From a virus (lineage: Duplodnaviria > Caudoviricetes): a stretch of DNA of 35,854 bases. The notes beneath the pieces were generated by a model. It saw only the letters and a list, made by a program, of their open reading frames with translations. It did not search any database and had not been told where the DNA came from. A program made the position numbers and the translations under genes. The stretch is from positions 1 to 35,854 of IMG/VR virus record IMGVR_UViG_3300033406_000367. One strand, given 5' to 3'. Shown piece by piece: positions 15,518 to 25,056 of the stretch (positions are counted from its first letter, which is position 1; the number at the start of each line of letters is the position of its first letter).

Positions 15518-16052
15518 CAACTGGATTTCGAAAATCTTCTCGAAGTTCGAGGCCCGGTATGGCTCGCTGTTCATCGACCGCTGGCGCGATTGCGACATGG
15601 AGAACGTCCGCGAAACGTGGGCCGAAGAACTGGCCGGCTTCCGAGACCAACCGGAGCGCATCGCCTACGCACTGCGGGCCTTGGGAGACCAGCCATTCCC
15701 GCCGACGCTTCCCGAGTTCATCGCTGCGTGTCGCCGGGCGCCAGCTACGCAGTCTGGCCTGGCGCTGCCCCACAAGCCAACCGCCGACGAAATCGAGCGC
15801 AACCGGGAGATGGCCGAGAAGGTCGCTGCATCCGTCAAGGCCAAGCCATCGGACGGCATCGACACGCATTGGGCAACGCATCCGCGAGGATCAATGCACC
15901 TGAAACTCATTTTCGACGCAGCCAAGCGTGACCAGCGCTTCGAGCCGTGCATTGCCGAGATGGTCGAGAAGGGCATCTGCACCGATGACGGACATCTGCT
16001 GAAGGTCTATCGAGATCGCCAGTGGCAACCGGTTCAGAGGCGCGCAGCATGA
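15456..16052 (+). CDS. Replication protein P-like (helicase loader)
   Basis: IF..FEARYG...W...L...PFPPTLPEFIAACR pattern; follows the initiator. Confidence 0.65.
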   Translation: MNDRLPTLNAISPPIASALPDNWISKIFSKFEARYGSLFIDRWRDCDMENVRETWAEELAGFRDQPERIAYALRALGDQPFPPTLPEFIAACRRAPATQSGLALPHKPTADEIERNREMAEKVAASVKAKPSDGIDTHWATHPRGSMHLKLIFDAAKRDQRFEPCIAEMVEKGICTDDGHLLKVYRDRQWQPVQRRAA

Positions 16053-16210
16053 CCAACGCCCAGCGCCACGAACTTGCCCGCGAGCTTTTCGAAGAACGCG
16101 CCGCCGTCCTGCAGTTCGAGGCTGGCATGCCGAAGGACGAGGCCGAGCAACTTGCCCGGAACGAAACGGCGGAATGGCTGAAGGCGCATCCGGTCGAGGT
16201 GGTGAAGTGA
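16049..16210 (+). CDS. Small phage hypothetical protein
   Basis: FEERAAVLQFEAGM motif; coupled. Confidence 0.65.
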   Translation: MTNAQRHELARELFEERAAVLQFEAGMPKDEAEQLARNETAEWLKAHPVEVVK

Positions 16211-16380
16211 TCGGAAGCCGCCTCCCCAGCATGACCGAGGCTGTCGAGATCATCGGGCAACAGCTATCGCGCAGCGGCCAGGCTCGCCAGTTGCGCCACA
16301 TGCGGGAAACGCAGGGCGAAGAATTCGCTCAGCAGGTCAAGGCAAAGGCCGTTCAGGCCGGAAAGGTTCGAAAGAAATGA
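16207..16380 (+). CDS. Small hypothetical protein
   Basis: GTGA overlap start; coupled to rusA. Confidence 0.55.
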   Translation: MIGSRLPSMTEAVEIIGQQLSRSGQARQLRHMRETQGEEFAQQVKAKAVQAGKVRKK

Positions 16381-16793
16381 TCGTGAAATTCACCGTTCCC
16401 GGTGCTGTAGTCGGCAAGGGCCGCCCGAGGTTCGCCAAGCGCGGCGCGTTTGTCTCGACTTACACGCCGGAGAAGACCGCGAACTACGAAAACCTCGTAA
16501 AGCTCGCCGCGCATCGCGCCATGGATGGGCAGGAACCGTATGCAATCGCTGTCAGATGCACGATTGATGTCTCGGTAATGCCTGCGCTTAGCTGGAGCAA
16601 GAAAAAGCGAATAGAAGCGCTTTCTGGCGTTTCGCGTCCGACGAGTAAGCCGGATTTGGACAACGTCGCCAAGGGCATTCTCGATGCGATGAACGGCGTC
16701 GTGTTCAAGGACGACTGCCAGGTTGTCGAGTTGGTGTTGCGCAAGCGGTATGCGGAGACGGCGCAGGCTGTTGTGGAGGTGGTCGAAGCATGA
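16377..16793 (+). CDS. rusA: RusA-family Holliday junction resolvase
   Basis: GKGRPRF and KPDLDNVAKGILDAMNGVVFKDDCQV. Confidence 0.92.
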   Translation: MIVKFTVPGAVVGKGRPRFAKRGAFVSTYTPEKTANYENLVKLAAHRAMDGQEPYAIAVRCTIDVSVMPALSWSKKKRIEALSGVSRPTSKPDLDNVAKGILDAMNGVVFKDDCQVVELVLRKRYAETAQAVVEVVEA

Positions 16794-16996
16794 AGGCACT
16801 CCCAGCCCGCGCCTACCGCGACCCGCTCGAAGTCCTGATCGGCAAGGAAAACGCCGTCGAGAACCGAATCGCCGGCTGCAAAGGATGCAAGCACCTGAGC
16901 TTTGATGCCTCAGGGGAAAAGATTTACACCAGTTGCGGACGTGGCCGGAAGGTAGGACGCAAGGGGAAATGCACGCTTTACAGGGAGATGGAATGA
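16790..16996 (+). CDS. Small Cys-containing hypothetical protein
   Basis: YRDPLEVL...GCKGCKH...C...C; coupled. Confidence 0.6.
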   Translation: MKALPARAYRDPLEVLIGKENAVENRIAGCKGCKHLSFDASGEKIYTSCGRGRKVGRKGKCTLYREME

Positions 16997-17388
16997 GCCT
17001 CACGACAAAGCAGGAAAAGTTCGCGCAGGAAGTGGCGAGCGGGAAGAGTCAGGCAGATGCGTACCGGGCGGCTTTTGACTGTGCGCGGAGTAAGCCGGAG
17101 ACGGTCATCAAGCGGGCTAGCGAACTGATGACAAACAGGGATATTGCGGGGAGGGTCGATGAACTCAAGGCCCAGCTGTCGGAAAAGTCGCTATGGAAGC
17201 GCGAAGACAGCGTCCGAATCCTTGCTGATATCGCCACCGACGCCGATGCCAGCCGGAAGGATAAAACTGCTGCCGTGCGCGTCCTGAATGACATGCATGG
17301 GTTCAATGAGCCGCTGAAGATCGAGCACAGCGGCACCGTGACCGCCATTACCCGGCGCGTGGTTGATAAGAAGGCGGGCGGCCAATGA
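16993..17388 (+). CDS. terS: Terminase small subunit
   Basis: LTTKQEKFAQEV.SG.SQADAYRAAF N-terminal HTH; precedes terL. Confidence 0.8.
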   Translation: MSLTTKQEKFAQEVASGKSQADAYRAAFDCARSKPETVIKRASELMTNRDIAGRVDELKAQLSEKSLWKREDSVRILADIATDADASRKDKTAAVRVLNDMHGFNEPLKIEHSGTVTAITRRVVDKKAGGQ

Positions 17389-18617
17389 CCGAGCTAGTAA
17401 TCGACACTCCCCGCGTCTATCTCCCGCTGCTCGGCCCGGCCCGCTACAAAGGCGCCTGGGGCGGCCGAGGCTCCGGAAAATCACACTTCTTTGCCGAATG
17501 CATTGTCGAGGAATCGCTTGCTGCGAAGACTGATATCGTCTGCATCCGCGAAGTGCAGAAGTCGCTCAATCAGTCGGTCAAAAAGCTGATCGAGGCCAAG
17601 ATTGAAGCGATTGGCGTGCAGAGTGAATTCCGTGTCCTGAACACGCACATCGAGTCGGCGAATGGCGGGCGCATCATCTTTCAGGGCATGCAGAACCACA
17701 CGGCCGACACGATCAAGTCGTTGGAGGGCTATCGCATCGCCTGGGTGGAAGAAGCGCAGAGCTTGAGCCAGCGCAGCCTTGACCTGTTGCGCCCGACCAT
17801 TCGCATGGAAGGCTCTGAGCTTTGGTTTTCATGGAACCCGCGCAACAAGACCGACCCGGTCGACGCGCTGCTGCGGAGCGATTCAACGCCGCCAGGCGCG
17901 GTCGTGGTCAATGCCAACTATTCGGACAATCCGTTTCTGCCGAGCGTGCTGCTTGCCGAAATGGAATATGACCGCAACCGCGACCCGGACAAATACGCGC
18001 ATGTCTGGCTCGGCGGCTACGAGCAGCACAGCGAGGCCCGCGTGTTCAAGAACTGGACTGTCGAGGAATTCGAGGCACCGGCCGGCGCCGTGTTCAGGCT
18101 GGGCGCTGACTGGGGCTTCTCGGTCGATCCTTCGGTTCTAATCCGCTGCTATCTCGAAGGCCGGCGCCTGCTGGTCGATTACGAGGCGTACATGGTCGGC
18201 TGCGAAATCGATCAACTGCCCGACCTGTTCGACCGCGTGCCGGATTCGCGCAAATGGTTCATCACCGCAGACTCAGCCCGGCCAGAAACGATCAGCTACA
18301 TGCGCAAGCATGGCTTCCCGAAGATCAACAGCGCAATCAAGGGCGCCGGCAGCCTGGAAGAAGGCGTCGAGTTCCTGAAGTCTTACGACATCGTTGTGCA
18401 TCCGCGCTGCACGCACCTAATCGACGAATTGACGCTCTACAAGTACAAGACCGACCCGCTCACCGGTCAAGTGCTGCCGATTCTCGATGACAAGGACAAC
18501 CACGTAATCGACGCGCTGCGCTATGCCTGCGAAGGCGTGCGCAAGGCCAGCAAGCCGGCCGAGAAGAAAACCATTGTTCGCCGGCCAATGGGTGCCGGTA
18601 GCTGGATGGGAGGCTGA
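17385..18617 (+). CDS. terL: Terminase large subunit (PBSX family)
   Basis: GGRGSGKS Walker A, WVEEA Walker B, GADWGF and NHVIDALRY. Confidence 0.95.
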   Translation: MTELVIDTPRVYLPLLGPARYKGAWGGRGSGKSHFFAECIVEESLAAKTDIVCIREVQKSLNQSVKKLIEAKIEAIGVQSEFRVLNTHIESANGGRIIFQGMQNHTADTIKSLEGYRIAWVEEAQSLSQRSLDLLRPTIRMEGSELWFSWNPRNKTDPVDALLRSDSTPPGAVVVNANYSDNPFLPSVLLAEMEYDRNRDPDKYAHVWLGGYEQHSEARVFKNWTVEEFEAPAGAVFRLGADWGFSVDPSVLIRCYLEGRRLLVDYEAYMVGCEIDQLPDLFDRVPDSRKWFITADSARPETISYMRKHGFPKINSAIKGAGSLEEGVEFLKSYDIVVHPRCTHLIDELTLYKYKTDPLTGQVLPILDDKDNHVIDALRYACEGVRKASKPAEKKTIVRRPMGAGSWMGG

Positions 18618-18618
18618 T

Positions 18619-18978
18619 TTGATCGCGCACATCGACATGCTGCTTTCGCGCTGGGCGCGGTGGTCCATATCGACGGAATCGCGTGCGGTTGGTTACCCGA
18701 GCACGTCGCCGATGTTCAGGGATTCGCCGTCATCTGGCGTGTTCAAGTCGGCTGAGCCGTTCGGGATTGGCGCGTCTGATTTCGGCGACGTGACGCGCGC
18801 CGTCGATTCCCTGCCGATCCTGCTAAAGCATTGCGTCATCGAGTATTACAAGCGCAACGGCGGGGCTGAAGCGGTGGCCGGCCGGCTTGGGATCAAGAAA
18901 AGCGTGATGTTCAAGTATCTGCATACCGCCCATGAGCAGATCGGCGTGTTTATTGATGCAATTGCGGTTGGTGGGTAG
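18619..18978 (+). CDS. Antiterminator Q-like protein
   Basis: LLSRWARW...GYP N-terminus and C-terminal HTH (AVAGRLGIKKSVMFKYL); TTG start with GGAGG RBS. Confidence 0.65.
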   Translation: MIAHIDMLLSRWARWSISTESRAVGYPSTSPMFRDSPSSGVFKSAEPFGIGASDFGDVTRAVDSLPILLKHCVIEYYKRNGGAEAVAGRLGIKKSVMFKYLHTAHEQIGVFIDAIAVGG

Positions 18979-18982
18979 GCAG

Positions 18983-19330
18983 ATGGTTATAGAACAGATT
19001 GCCCACAAGAAAATGCATAGACACGCCCCGAGCCTGCGAGTTAGGTGGGCGTTGGAGCGGATCAGTCGTGACAGATGGATACCGGGGATGGAAATTAAAC
19101 GAATTGCGTTTTCGCTAAGCAAATGCGCATCGCCTTGCTCGTGGGCTGCTGTAGAGAAGGCTGCTCTTCCCCTTGAGTGCTGGACCATTGGAATGCTGCG
19201 CGGAAAACCACCTGCCAGCCGTTATGACCGTGACTTTTTTGACTTCGTTAGGGTTTTGTATAAAAAGAAATTCACCGGGGTATCTGGCGAATATCAAATA
19301 TTTTTACTTTTAAGCCGGAGATTGAAATGA
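18983..19330 (+). CDS. Hypothetical protein (AT-richer)
   Basis: ORF between the Q-like gene and the next gene; start uncertain. Confidence 0.5.
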   Translation: MVIEQIAHKKMHRHAPSLRVRWALERISRDRWIPGMEIKRIAFSLSKCASPCSWAAVEKAALPLECWTIGMLRGKPPASRYDRDFFDFVRVLYKKKFTGVSGEYQIFLLLSRRLK

Positions 19331-19587
19331 GCAATGAAATTATTACTGACGTGCGGAATTTTGGAGATGCAAGGCGGCTGATTATCCAGACGATAATGCA
19401 GATCCGCGACGGAGGCCTAGATGTTTCGCAAGGTATGGCAATCGCCGCAAATATGAAGGTTCTGAACGACAACATTCAGTGCGAAATAAACGCTGCAAAA
19501 CTCTGCTTGCAGGCCGAAGAGCGCGGCCATAGCTTCGGGAGGATTGTGACGATGGGCCAGCGCGCAATCGGAAGCAATGAAACCTAG
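19327..19587 (+). CDS. Hypothetical protein
   Basis: 86 aa, GGAG RBS, ATGA overlap. Confidence 0.65.
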   Translation: MSNEIITDVRNFGDARRLIIQTIMQIRDGGLDVSQGMAIAANMKVLNDNIQCEINAAKLCLQAEERGHSFGRIVTMGQRAIGSNET

Positions 19588-19602
19588 AGTGTAAAATAGC
19601 GT

Positions 19603-19650
19603 TTGACTATTACTATCAGTGTGACTATAGTTCGAACAAATCGATAGTAT
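19603..19650 (+). promoter_or_regulatory. Late promoter (pR'-like) with -10-like pause element
   Basis: TTGACT (19603-19608), 17 bp, TATAGT (19626-19631); second -10-like TAGTAT at 19645-19650. Confidence 0.75.
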
Positions 19651-19660
19651 CCAGTCAATG

Positions 19661-19693
19661 CGCCCGGAGGCCACAAGCCTACCGGGCGTTTTT
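19661..19693 (+). terminator. tR'-like terminator before the portal gene
   Basis: CGCCCGG-AGGC-CACAA-GCCT-A-CCGGGCG-TTTTT. Confidence 0.75.
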
Positions 19694-19711
19694 GCGTCAA
19701 CGGGGCCAGAA

Positions 19712-21940
19712 ATGAGCGAGTCAGCGAAGAAAACCGGCGATGAGAAGATCATCGAAGAGGCGCTGAAACGCTTCAAGTATTGCGAGGAAGCGGAGAACGA
19801 AAACCGCACTCGCGCGCTTGAAGACCTCAAGTTTTCGCTGGGTGAGCAGTGGCCCGATGAAGTGCGCCGGGCCCGCGAGAACGACCCGAACGGCGCTCGC
19901 CCGTGCCTGACCGTCAATAAGCTCGGCCAATACGTGCGCCAGGTCGTCAATGACTCGCGCCAGAACAAGCCGGCGATCAAGGTTCGCCCGGTAGATTCCG
20001 GCTCTGATCCCGAAGTTGCTGACATGCTGCAGGGGCTTGTTCGTCATATCGAGGACAACAGCCGGGCCGACATCGCCTACGACACGTCCATCGAGTTCGC
20101 TGTCCGCGCCGGGTTCGGCTTTATCCGCGTACTGACCGACTACGCCGACGACGAGTCATTCGAGCAGGATGCATTTATCAAGACGGTGCGAAATCCGTTC
20201 TCCTGCTACCTCGACCCGGATCATGTGAATGTCGACGGTAGCGACGCCCGTTACGGCTTCTGCTTCGATGACATTCCGCGCGACGTTTTCGAGGCCGATT
20301 ATCCGAACGCTGACCCGTGCCCGTTCGATGACAACGAGAAGTCCGGATCGGGATGGATTGGCAAGGACACAATCCGCATCGCCGAGTATTTCCGCATCGA
20401 GGAAAGCCCGGCCACAGTCTGGCAAGCCGCAGACGGCACCATTTCACGCATCGAGATCAAGGGCGCCCCGTCGCGCACAATCCGGCAGAAAAAGGTGGTC
20501 TGGTACAAGCTGACCGCCAACGAGGTGCTTGATCGCCAGGAATTCCCCAGCAAGTTCATTCCGATTGTCCCGGTGTATGGGCACATCATCGACGTTGCCG
20601 GCCAGCGCCAGGTTACCGGCCTGATCCATGACGCCATCGACGGCCAGCGCATGTACAACTACAGCGTGTCGGCCTACGTCGAGCGCGTGGCGCTTGTCCC
20701 GAAGGCGCCTTTCATCGCCGCTGAAGGCCAGATCGAGGGCCACGAAAGCGAGTGGGCCAACGCCAATACATCGAATATGCCGGTCCTGACCTACAAGCCG
20801 ACCGACATCAACGGCACGCCAGTTCCGCCGCCGCAGCGCCAGCCCGGCGCCGACGTGCCCACCGGCTGGCTGCAGGCCATGCAGATGACCGAGCACGACA
20901 TTCAGTCGGCGCTCGGCATGTACAACGCCGCCATCGGGGCGCCGTCCAACGAGAAGAGCGGCAAAGCCATCATGGCCCGCCAGCGCGAAGCGGACAACGC
21001 AACGTTCCACTTCATCGACAACCTGTCCCGCTCCATTCGCCAGGTCGGCCGCATTCTGATTGATCTGATCCCGAAGATTTACGACACGCAGCGTGTCGTG
21101 CGCATCCTGGGCGAAGACGGCAGCGTGGAGACGGCGGAAATCAATCCGGACAGCGAGGCGCCGATGGTTGAGCGCACGGACAACGCCGGCAACGTGATCG
21201 CCAAGATTTACAACCCGACGCTTGGCAAGTACGACGTTTCAATTACCGTTGGCCCGGCCTACACGACGAAGCGCCAGGAGGCGGCCGATTTCATGACGCA
21301 GGTTGCGCAGGCCAATCCGCAGATGATGCAGATCATCGGTGACCTGATGTTCAAGGCGATGGACATGCCATACGCCCAAGAAATCGCCGAGCGCCTGAAG
21401 CTGATGCTGCCGCCTGAAATCAAGCAACACGAAGAGGGTGAGAAGCAACAGCAGCAGCAACAGGTTCCGCCGCACGTTCAGCAGGCAATCATTGTTGCCG
21501 GTCAGCAGATCGAGCAATTGCAGGCCGCGCTGCAGCAGTCGCAGCAGCAGATTGAGGCAATGGCCGGCGACAAGCAGGCCGAGCAGCAGAAGCTGGCAAT
21601 CGACGAGCAGAAGCTGCAGATTGAGAGCTACAAGGCCGAAACCGACCGCATGCAGGTTCAGCTTGAAGCCATTCAGCGCCAGAACGAAGCGAGTGCTTCA
21701 CCGGTTGAAGGCCAGGCGCATGAGGCGCAGGAATCCGCTGTTCTGCAGGCGCTGATGGAGCGCATTGATGCCATCGCTCAAGCCATTGCGCAGCCGCCGC
21801 AACAACCGGTTCAGGTATTCGTTGAGGGCGGGCAGAAGCCAGTCATAAAGCGCAGCAGGGCCGTAAAGCAGGGCGACGGTTCATGGGCAATGGAGAGCTT
21901 CGAAGAGCCAATCCAAGAACAGGAGCCGGTCAATGTCTAA
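19712..21940 (+). CDS. Portal protein (P22 gp1-like)
   Basis: GEQWP...RPCLTVNKL, SGKAIMARQ, GKYDV.ITVGPAYTTKRQEA and a Gln-rich coiled-coil tail. Confidence 0.92.
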   Translation: MSESAKKTGDEKIIEEALKRFKYCEEAENENRTRALEDLKFSLGEQWPDEVRRARENDPNGARPCLTVNKLGQYVRQVVNDSRQNKPAIKVRPVDSGSDPEVADMLQGLVRHIEDNSRADIAYDTSIEFAVRAGFGFIRVLTDYADDESFEQDAFIKTVRNPFSCYLDPDHVNVDGSDARYGFCFDDIPRDVFEADYPNADPCPFDDNEKSGSGWIGKDTIRIAEYFRIEESPATVWQAADGTISRIEIKGAPSRTIRQKKVVWYKLTANEVLDRQEFPSKFIPIVPVYGHIIDVAGQRQVTGLIHDAIDGQRMYNYSVSAYVERVALVPKAPFIAAEGQIEGHESEWANANTSNMPVLTYKPTDINGTPVPPPQRQPGADVPTGWLQAMQMTEHDIQSALGMYNAAIGAPSNEKSGKAIMARQREADNATFHFIDNLSRSIRQVGRILIDLIPKIYDTQRVVRILGEDGSVETAEINPDSEAPMVERTDNAGNVIAKIYNPTLGKYDVSITVGPAYTTKRQEAADFMTQVAQANPQMMQIIGDLMFKAMDMPYAQEIAERLKLMLPPEIKQHEEGEKQQQQQQVPPHVQQAIIVAGQQIEQLQAALQQSQQQIEAMAGDKQAEQQKLAIDEQKLQIESYKAETDRMQVQLEAIQRQNEASASPVEGQAHEAQESAVLQALMERIDAIAQAIAQPPQQPVQVFVEGGQKPVIKRSRAVKQGDGSWAMESFEEPIQEQEPVNV

Positions 21941-22634
21941 GTCACTTCCCCGAGGAATCCGCAACAACAACCCGGGCAACATCGAGCGCGGGAAAGATCG
22001 CTGGCTTGGCATGTCTGCCGACCAGTCTAGCGACCAGCGCTTTTTGGTGTTCGACAAGCCAGAAGCCGGCCTGCGAGCCATCATGCGCGTACTGATCAAC
22101 TACCAGGAGCGCCACGACATCAAGACCGTTCGTGACGCGGTTAATCGCTGGGCGCCGCCTGGAGAGAACAACTCTGGCGCCTACGTACAGCATGTTGCGC
22201 GCTTGACCGGGCTTGATCCTGACGAGCCGGTTGATTTCCTCGATGAGTACATTTGCACATCGGTTACCCGGGCAATCGTCAGGCATGAGAATGGCGACCC
22301 GCGAAGCTACGGCAAGGATGACTGGTTTGGCGATGACGTGTATCAGCGCGCCGCCGTAATGGCGGGGTTTGATCCAAAGGCAAAGCCGCTGACGCAATCG
22401 CGCACGGTTGCGGGCGCCGTAGTTGCCGCGGCGGGAACGGTTGGCACGGTGATTGCCGACCAGGCGTCAGGCGGGCTTCCGATCAATGCGCAGGACGTTT
22501 CGGCAGCGGTACAGGTCGTTGCTCCGTTCCTTGGTGCGTCCGTGATGGCCGTCCTTTCTCCAGTGGCAACGATTATCGGCCTTGGCCTGACCGTTTATGC
22601 CCGCTGGGACGATGCTCGCCGGAAGATTCGCTGA
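21933..22634 (+). CDS. Lysozyme-like protein (probable endolysin) with hydrophobic C-terminus
   Basis: PRGIRNNNPGNI...RWAPPGENN...AIVRHENG; two hydrophobic stretches at the C-terminus. Confidence 0.65.
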   Translation: MSKSLPRGIRNNNPGNIERGKDRWLGMSADQSSDQRFLVFDKPEAGLRAIMRVLINYQERHDIKTVRDAVNRWAPPGENNSGAYVQHVARLTGLDPDEPVDFLDEYICTSVTRAIVRHENGDPRSYGKDDWFGDDVYQRAAVMAGFDPKAKPLTQSRTVAGAVVAAAGTVGTVIADQASGGLPINAQDVSAAVQVVAPFLGASVMAVLSPVATIIGLGLTVYARWDDARRKIR

Positions 22635-22972
22635 TGATCGAGCAAAATCGAAGCGCCCATGACGGCGTTGCTGCTGAAATCAAAGCGTTCGTGCACGACG
22701 AACTGGCAGAACACGAAGCCCGTGAGGCGAAGTTCATTGCTGAGCAAATCGACAAAGTGATGGCCGCTTTTCCGAACAAGGATTTGGAAGGTCACTGCGA
22801 TTTTCACCAGGCCAAGATCGATGCCGCCAAGGCTGAAGAAAAGTTTTGGTCCGAACTGAAGCTCGACCTCGCCAAAAAAGGCCTTTGGGGAATAATCACG
22901 GTGCTGGCCGGGATGATCGTCCTGGGCTTTGGCGCATGGGTCAGCACGATTTCGCACGGGGCGGTTAAATGA
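22634..22972 (+). CDS. Membrane protein, holin-like candidate
   Basis: Single C-terminal TM segment (GLWGIITVLAGMIVLGFGAWV); follows the lysin-like gene. Confidence 0.45.
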   Translation: MIEQNRSAHDGVAAEIKAFVHDELAEHEAREAKFIAEQIDKVMAAFPNKDLEGHCDFHQAKIDAAKAEEKFWSELKLDLAKKGLWGIITVLAGMIVLGFGAWVSTISHGAVK

Positions 22973-24402
22973 GTACGAATTTCCCGGGCGCGCTCGATGC
23001 GCTGACCAATCCGGCCGCAACCGATGGGCTGACCGGCCACGCAGCGCAGCACTCGAACGCCAATGATGCGATTGAGGCGCTGCAGGCAAAGGTAGGGGTT
23101 GATGGCTCGGCCGTACCAACGTCGCTCGATTACAAGGTTGCCGCGCTCGCCTCCGGGAAAGAGGACAAGACGAGCAAGGGTGTTGCTGGCGGATATGCCG
23201 GGCTGGATGGGTCGGGGAAGATTCCATCCTCGCAACTGCCGAGCTATGTTGACGACGTGCTTGAGTTCGCCAATCTTGCCGCGTTCCCGGCAACCGGTGA
23301 GGCTGCGAAAATCTACATCGCGCTCGACACTAACAAGATGTATCGCTGGAGCGGCTCGGCTTATGTCGAGATCGTTTCTTCGCCGGGGACTACCGACTCT
23401 GTAACCGAGGGTTCGACGAACCTGTATTTCACGTATCAGCGGGTACGCGATACGGTTTTGACTGGGCTGTCGACGGCGACGAATGCAGTTATTGCGGCCG
23501 GGGATAGCGTTCTTGCTGCGCTCGGGAAACTGCAAGCACAGATTTCAGGTAAGCAAGATACGCTTGTTTCTGGCGTCAATATAAAGACCGTGGGTGGCAG
23601 TTCCATTCTTGGAAGTGGGAACATAGCCATATCCGGGGGGACTGGTATTTCTACGGTTGTCGGAATTAGAGGGATGAATAATTCCACGACACCAAATACG
23701 AAATACGATGTTATTGCCTCCCAGGTTCAATGCCGAGACGTAAGCACTGGGCAAGTTTCCGGAATCTCAAATCCGGCAACGATAACAAATGATATTTCAG
23801 CAGCCGGGCCGGTAGCCAATGGCAGAGATCAATCTGGCGCATTTTCAAATTCAAGCTGGATTCATTTGTACTACATCTACAATGGAAGCGCGCTAGCTAC
23901 TATTTCAAGCGCCTCTCCGCCATCTACAGGACCGACACTTCCGTCTGGATACACGAGCTGGTCTTATATCTGCGCCCTGCGGATTAACGGGTCTGGTCAG
24001 ATAGTAAAAAGCAGGCTTTGCGGTTCTTTCGTGGCTTATGAGTCAAGGCAGGTTGTGCTTGCCTCTGGGACGGCAAGTACAGAAACATCGATTGATATAT
24101 CTCCGTTTGTTCCGCCAAACGCATTGCAGGCTCAATACGAGATGTATAACGAAGGCATTGCAAGCTCTTCTGGCGCAATCGATGGAACAATTATTTTGAG
24201 GATAGTTCCAGGAAGTAATTTTTTCGCGTCACTGATCCGCATGAGCGGGCTTGCAAATTCGGCCGAGTCAATTAACTTCCCGGCCGTAAGTATTATTCCG
24301 AACATATCACAGACCTTGTATTACTTGGTTTCAGTGACAGCCGGAACGCCAAGGCTCTCGCTTGTAATTGAAGGGTATTACATACCCAACGGTGATTCTT
24401 AA
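22969..24402 (+). CDS. Tail fibre / receptor-binding-like protein
   Basis: GYAGLDGSGKIPSSQLPSYVDDV, TDSVTEGSTNLYFT and KQDTLVSGVNIKTVGG fibre motifs; Ser/Thr/Gly-rich. Confidence 0.7.
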   Translation: MSTNFPGALDALTNPAATDGLTGHAAQHSNANDAIEALQAKVGVDGSAVPTSLDYKVAALASGKEDKTSKGVAGGYAGLDGSGKIPSSQLPSYVDDVLEFANLAAFPATGEAAKIYIALDTNKMYRWSGSAYVEIVSSPGTTDSVTEGSTNLYFTYQRVRDTVLTGLSTATNAVIAAGDSVLAALGKLQAQISGKQDTLVSGVNIKTVGGSSILGSGNIAISGGTGISTVVGIRGMNNSTTPNTKYDVIASQVQCRDVSTGQVSGISNPATITNDISAAGPVANGRDQSGAFSNSSWIHLYYIYNGSALATISSASPPSTGPTLPSGYTSWSYICALRINGSGQIVKSRLCGSFVAYESRQVVLASGTASTETSIDISPFVPPNALQAQYEMYNEGIASSSGAIDGTIILRIVPGSNFFASLIRMSGLANSAESINFPAVSIIPNISQTLYYLVSVTAGTPRLSLVIEGYYIPNGDS

Positions 24403-24614
24403 TGACCATTTACGACGATCCGCTAGTAACCTACGACGGCGCCCCAACCGACGCAACGTTCAACCAGATGAACGACCGCATCACGGAAGTATGGGGTCGC
24501 CTCGGTCTAGATTGGTCCGCGCCGCTCGCCCAAACGGAAACCCGAATCGAATTCGGCGCCGTCCGCATGGTCGTCTCAGAAAACGACACAACGGTCACCG
24601 TCACCCGAACCTAA
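24402..24614 (+). CDS. Hypothetical virion-associated protein
   Basis: 70 aa coupled ORF (YDDPLVTYDG). Confidence 0.6.
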   Translation: MTIYDDPLVTYDGAPTDATFNQMNDRITEVWGRLGLDWSAPLAQTETRIEFGAVRMVVSENDTTVTVTRT

Positions 24615-25040
24615 ATGCTCAACGCGCGCTCAATCGCCACGCTCGGTATCGGGTTCGGGGCGGGGCAAGTTGCGCGCATTGGTTTGTGGCCGACCGGAGA
24701 GCGACCGAAGAAGCCCAGCGTTGAACTGCTGGGAGGCGGCGGATCGTATCGCCCATTCAGCGGGCCGCAAAGTGAGGCAGAAAAGCGCGAAGAGCGCGAG
24801 CGCCTTGGGATCATCCCGGCCGAGGCAAAGCGGGCAATCGAAGTTGTCGCCCGCATCGAGGCGCGCAGCGTCAATGCCGAGACTGAACAGCGCGCACTTG
24901 AAGCGCTGGCCGTTGAGATTGAGCGAATCGAGCTTGAATGGCGCGACTACTACGCCGAATTGCTGCGCGATGCACTGCGCCGGGTGATTGCCGAGCAGGA
25001 CGAAGAGCAGGCGATTTTGCTGCTGTTGAGTGAAATGTGA
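24615..25040 (+). CDS. Hypothetical protein
   Basis: 141 aa, ends in DEEQAILLLL. Confidence 0.65.
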   Translation: MLNARSIATLGIGFGAGQVARIGLWPTGERPKKPSVELLGGGGSYRPFSGPQSEAEKREERERLGIIPAEAKRAIEVVARIEARSVNAETEQRALEALAVEIERIELEWRDYYAELLRDALRRVIAEQDEEQAILLLLSEM

Positions 25041-25056
25041 ACAAGGACAATCGACC

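Noticed and set aside
21420-21680. CAG-rich low-complexity repeats
   Set aside because: They encode the Gln-rich coiled-coil tail of the portal and are not a separate repeat element.
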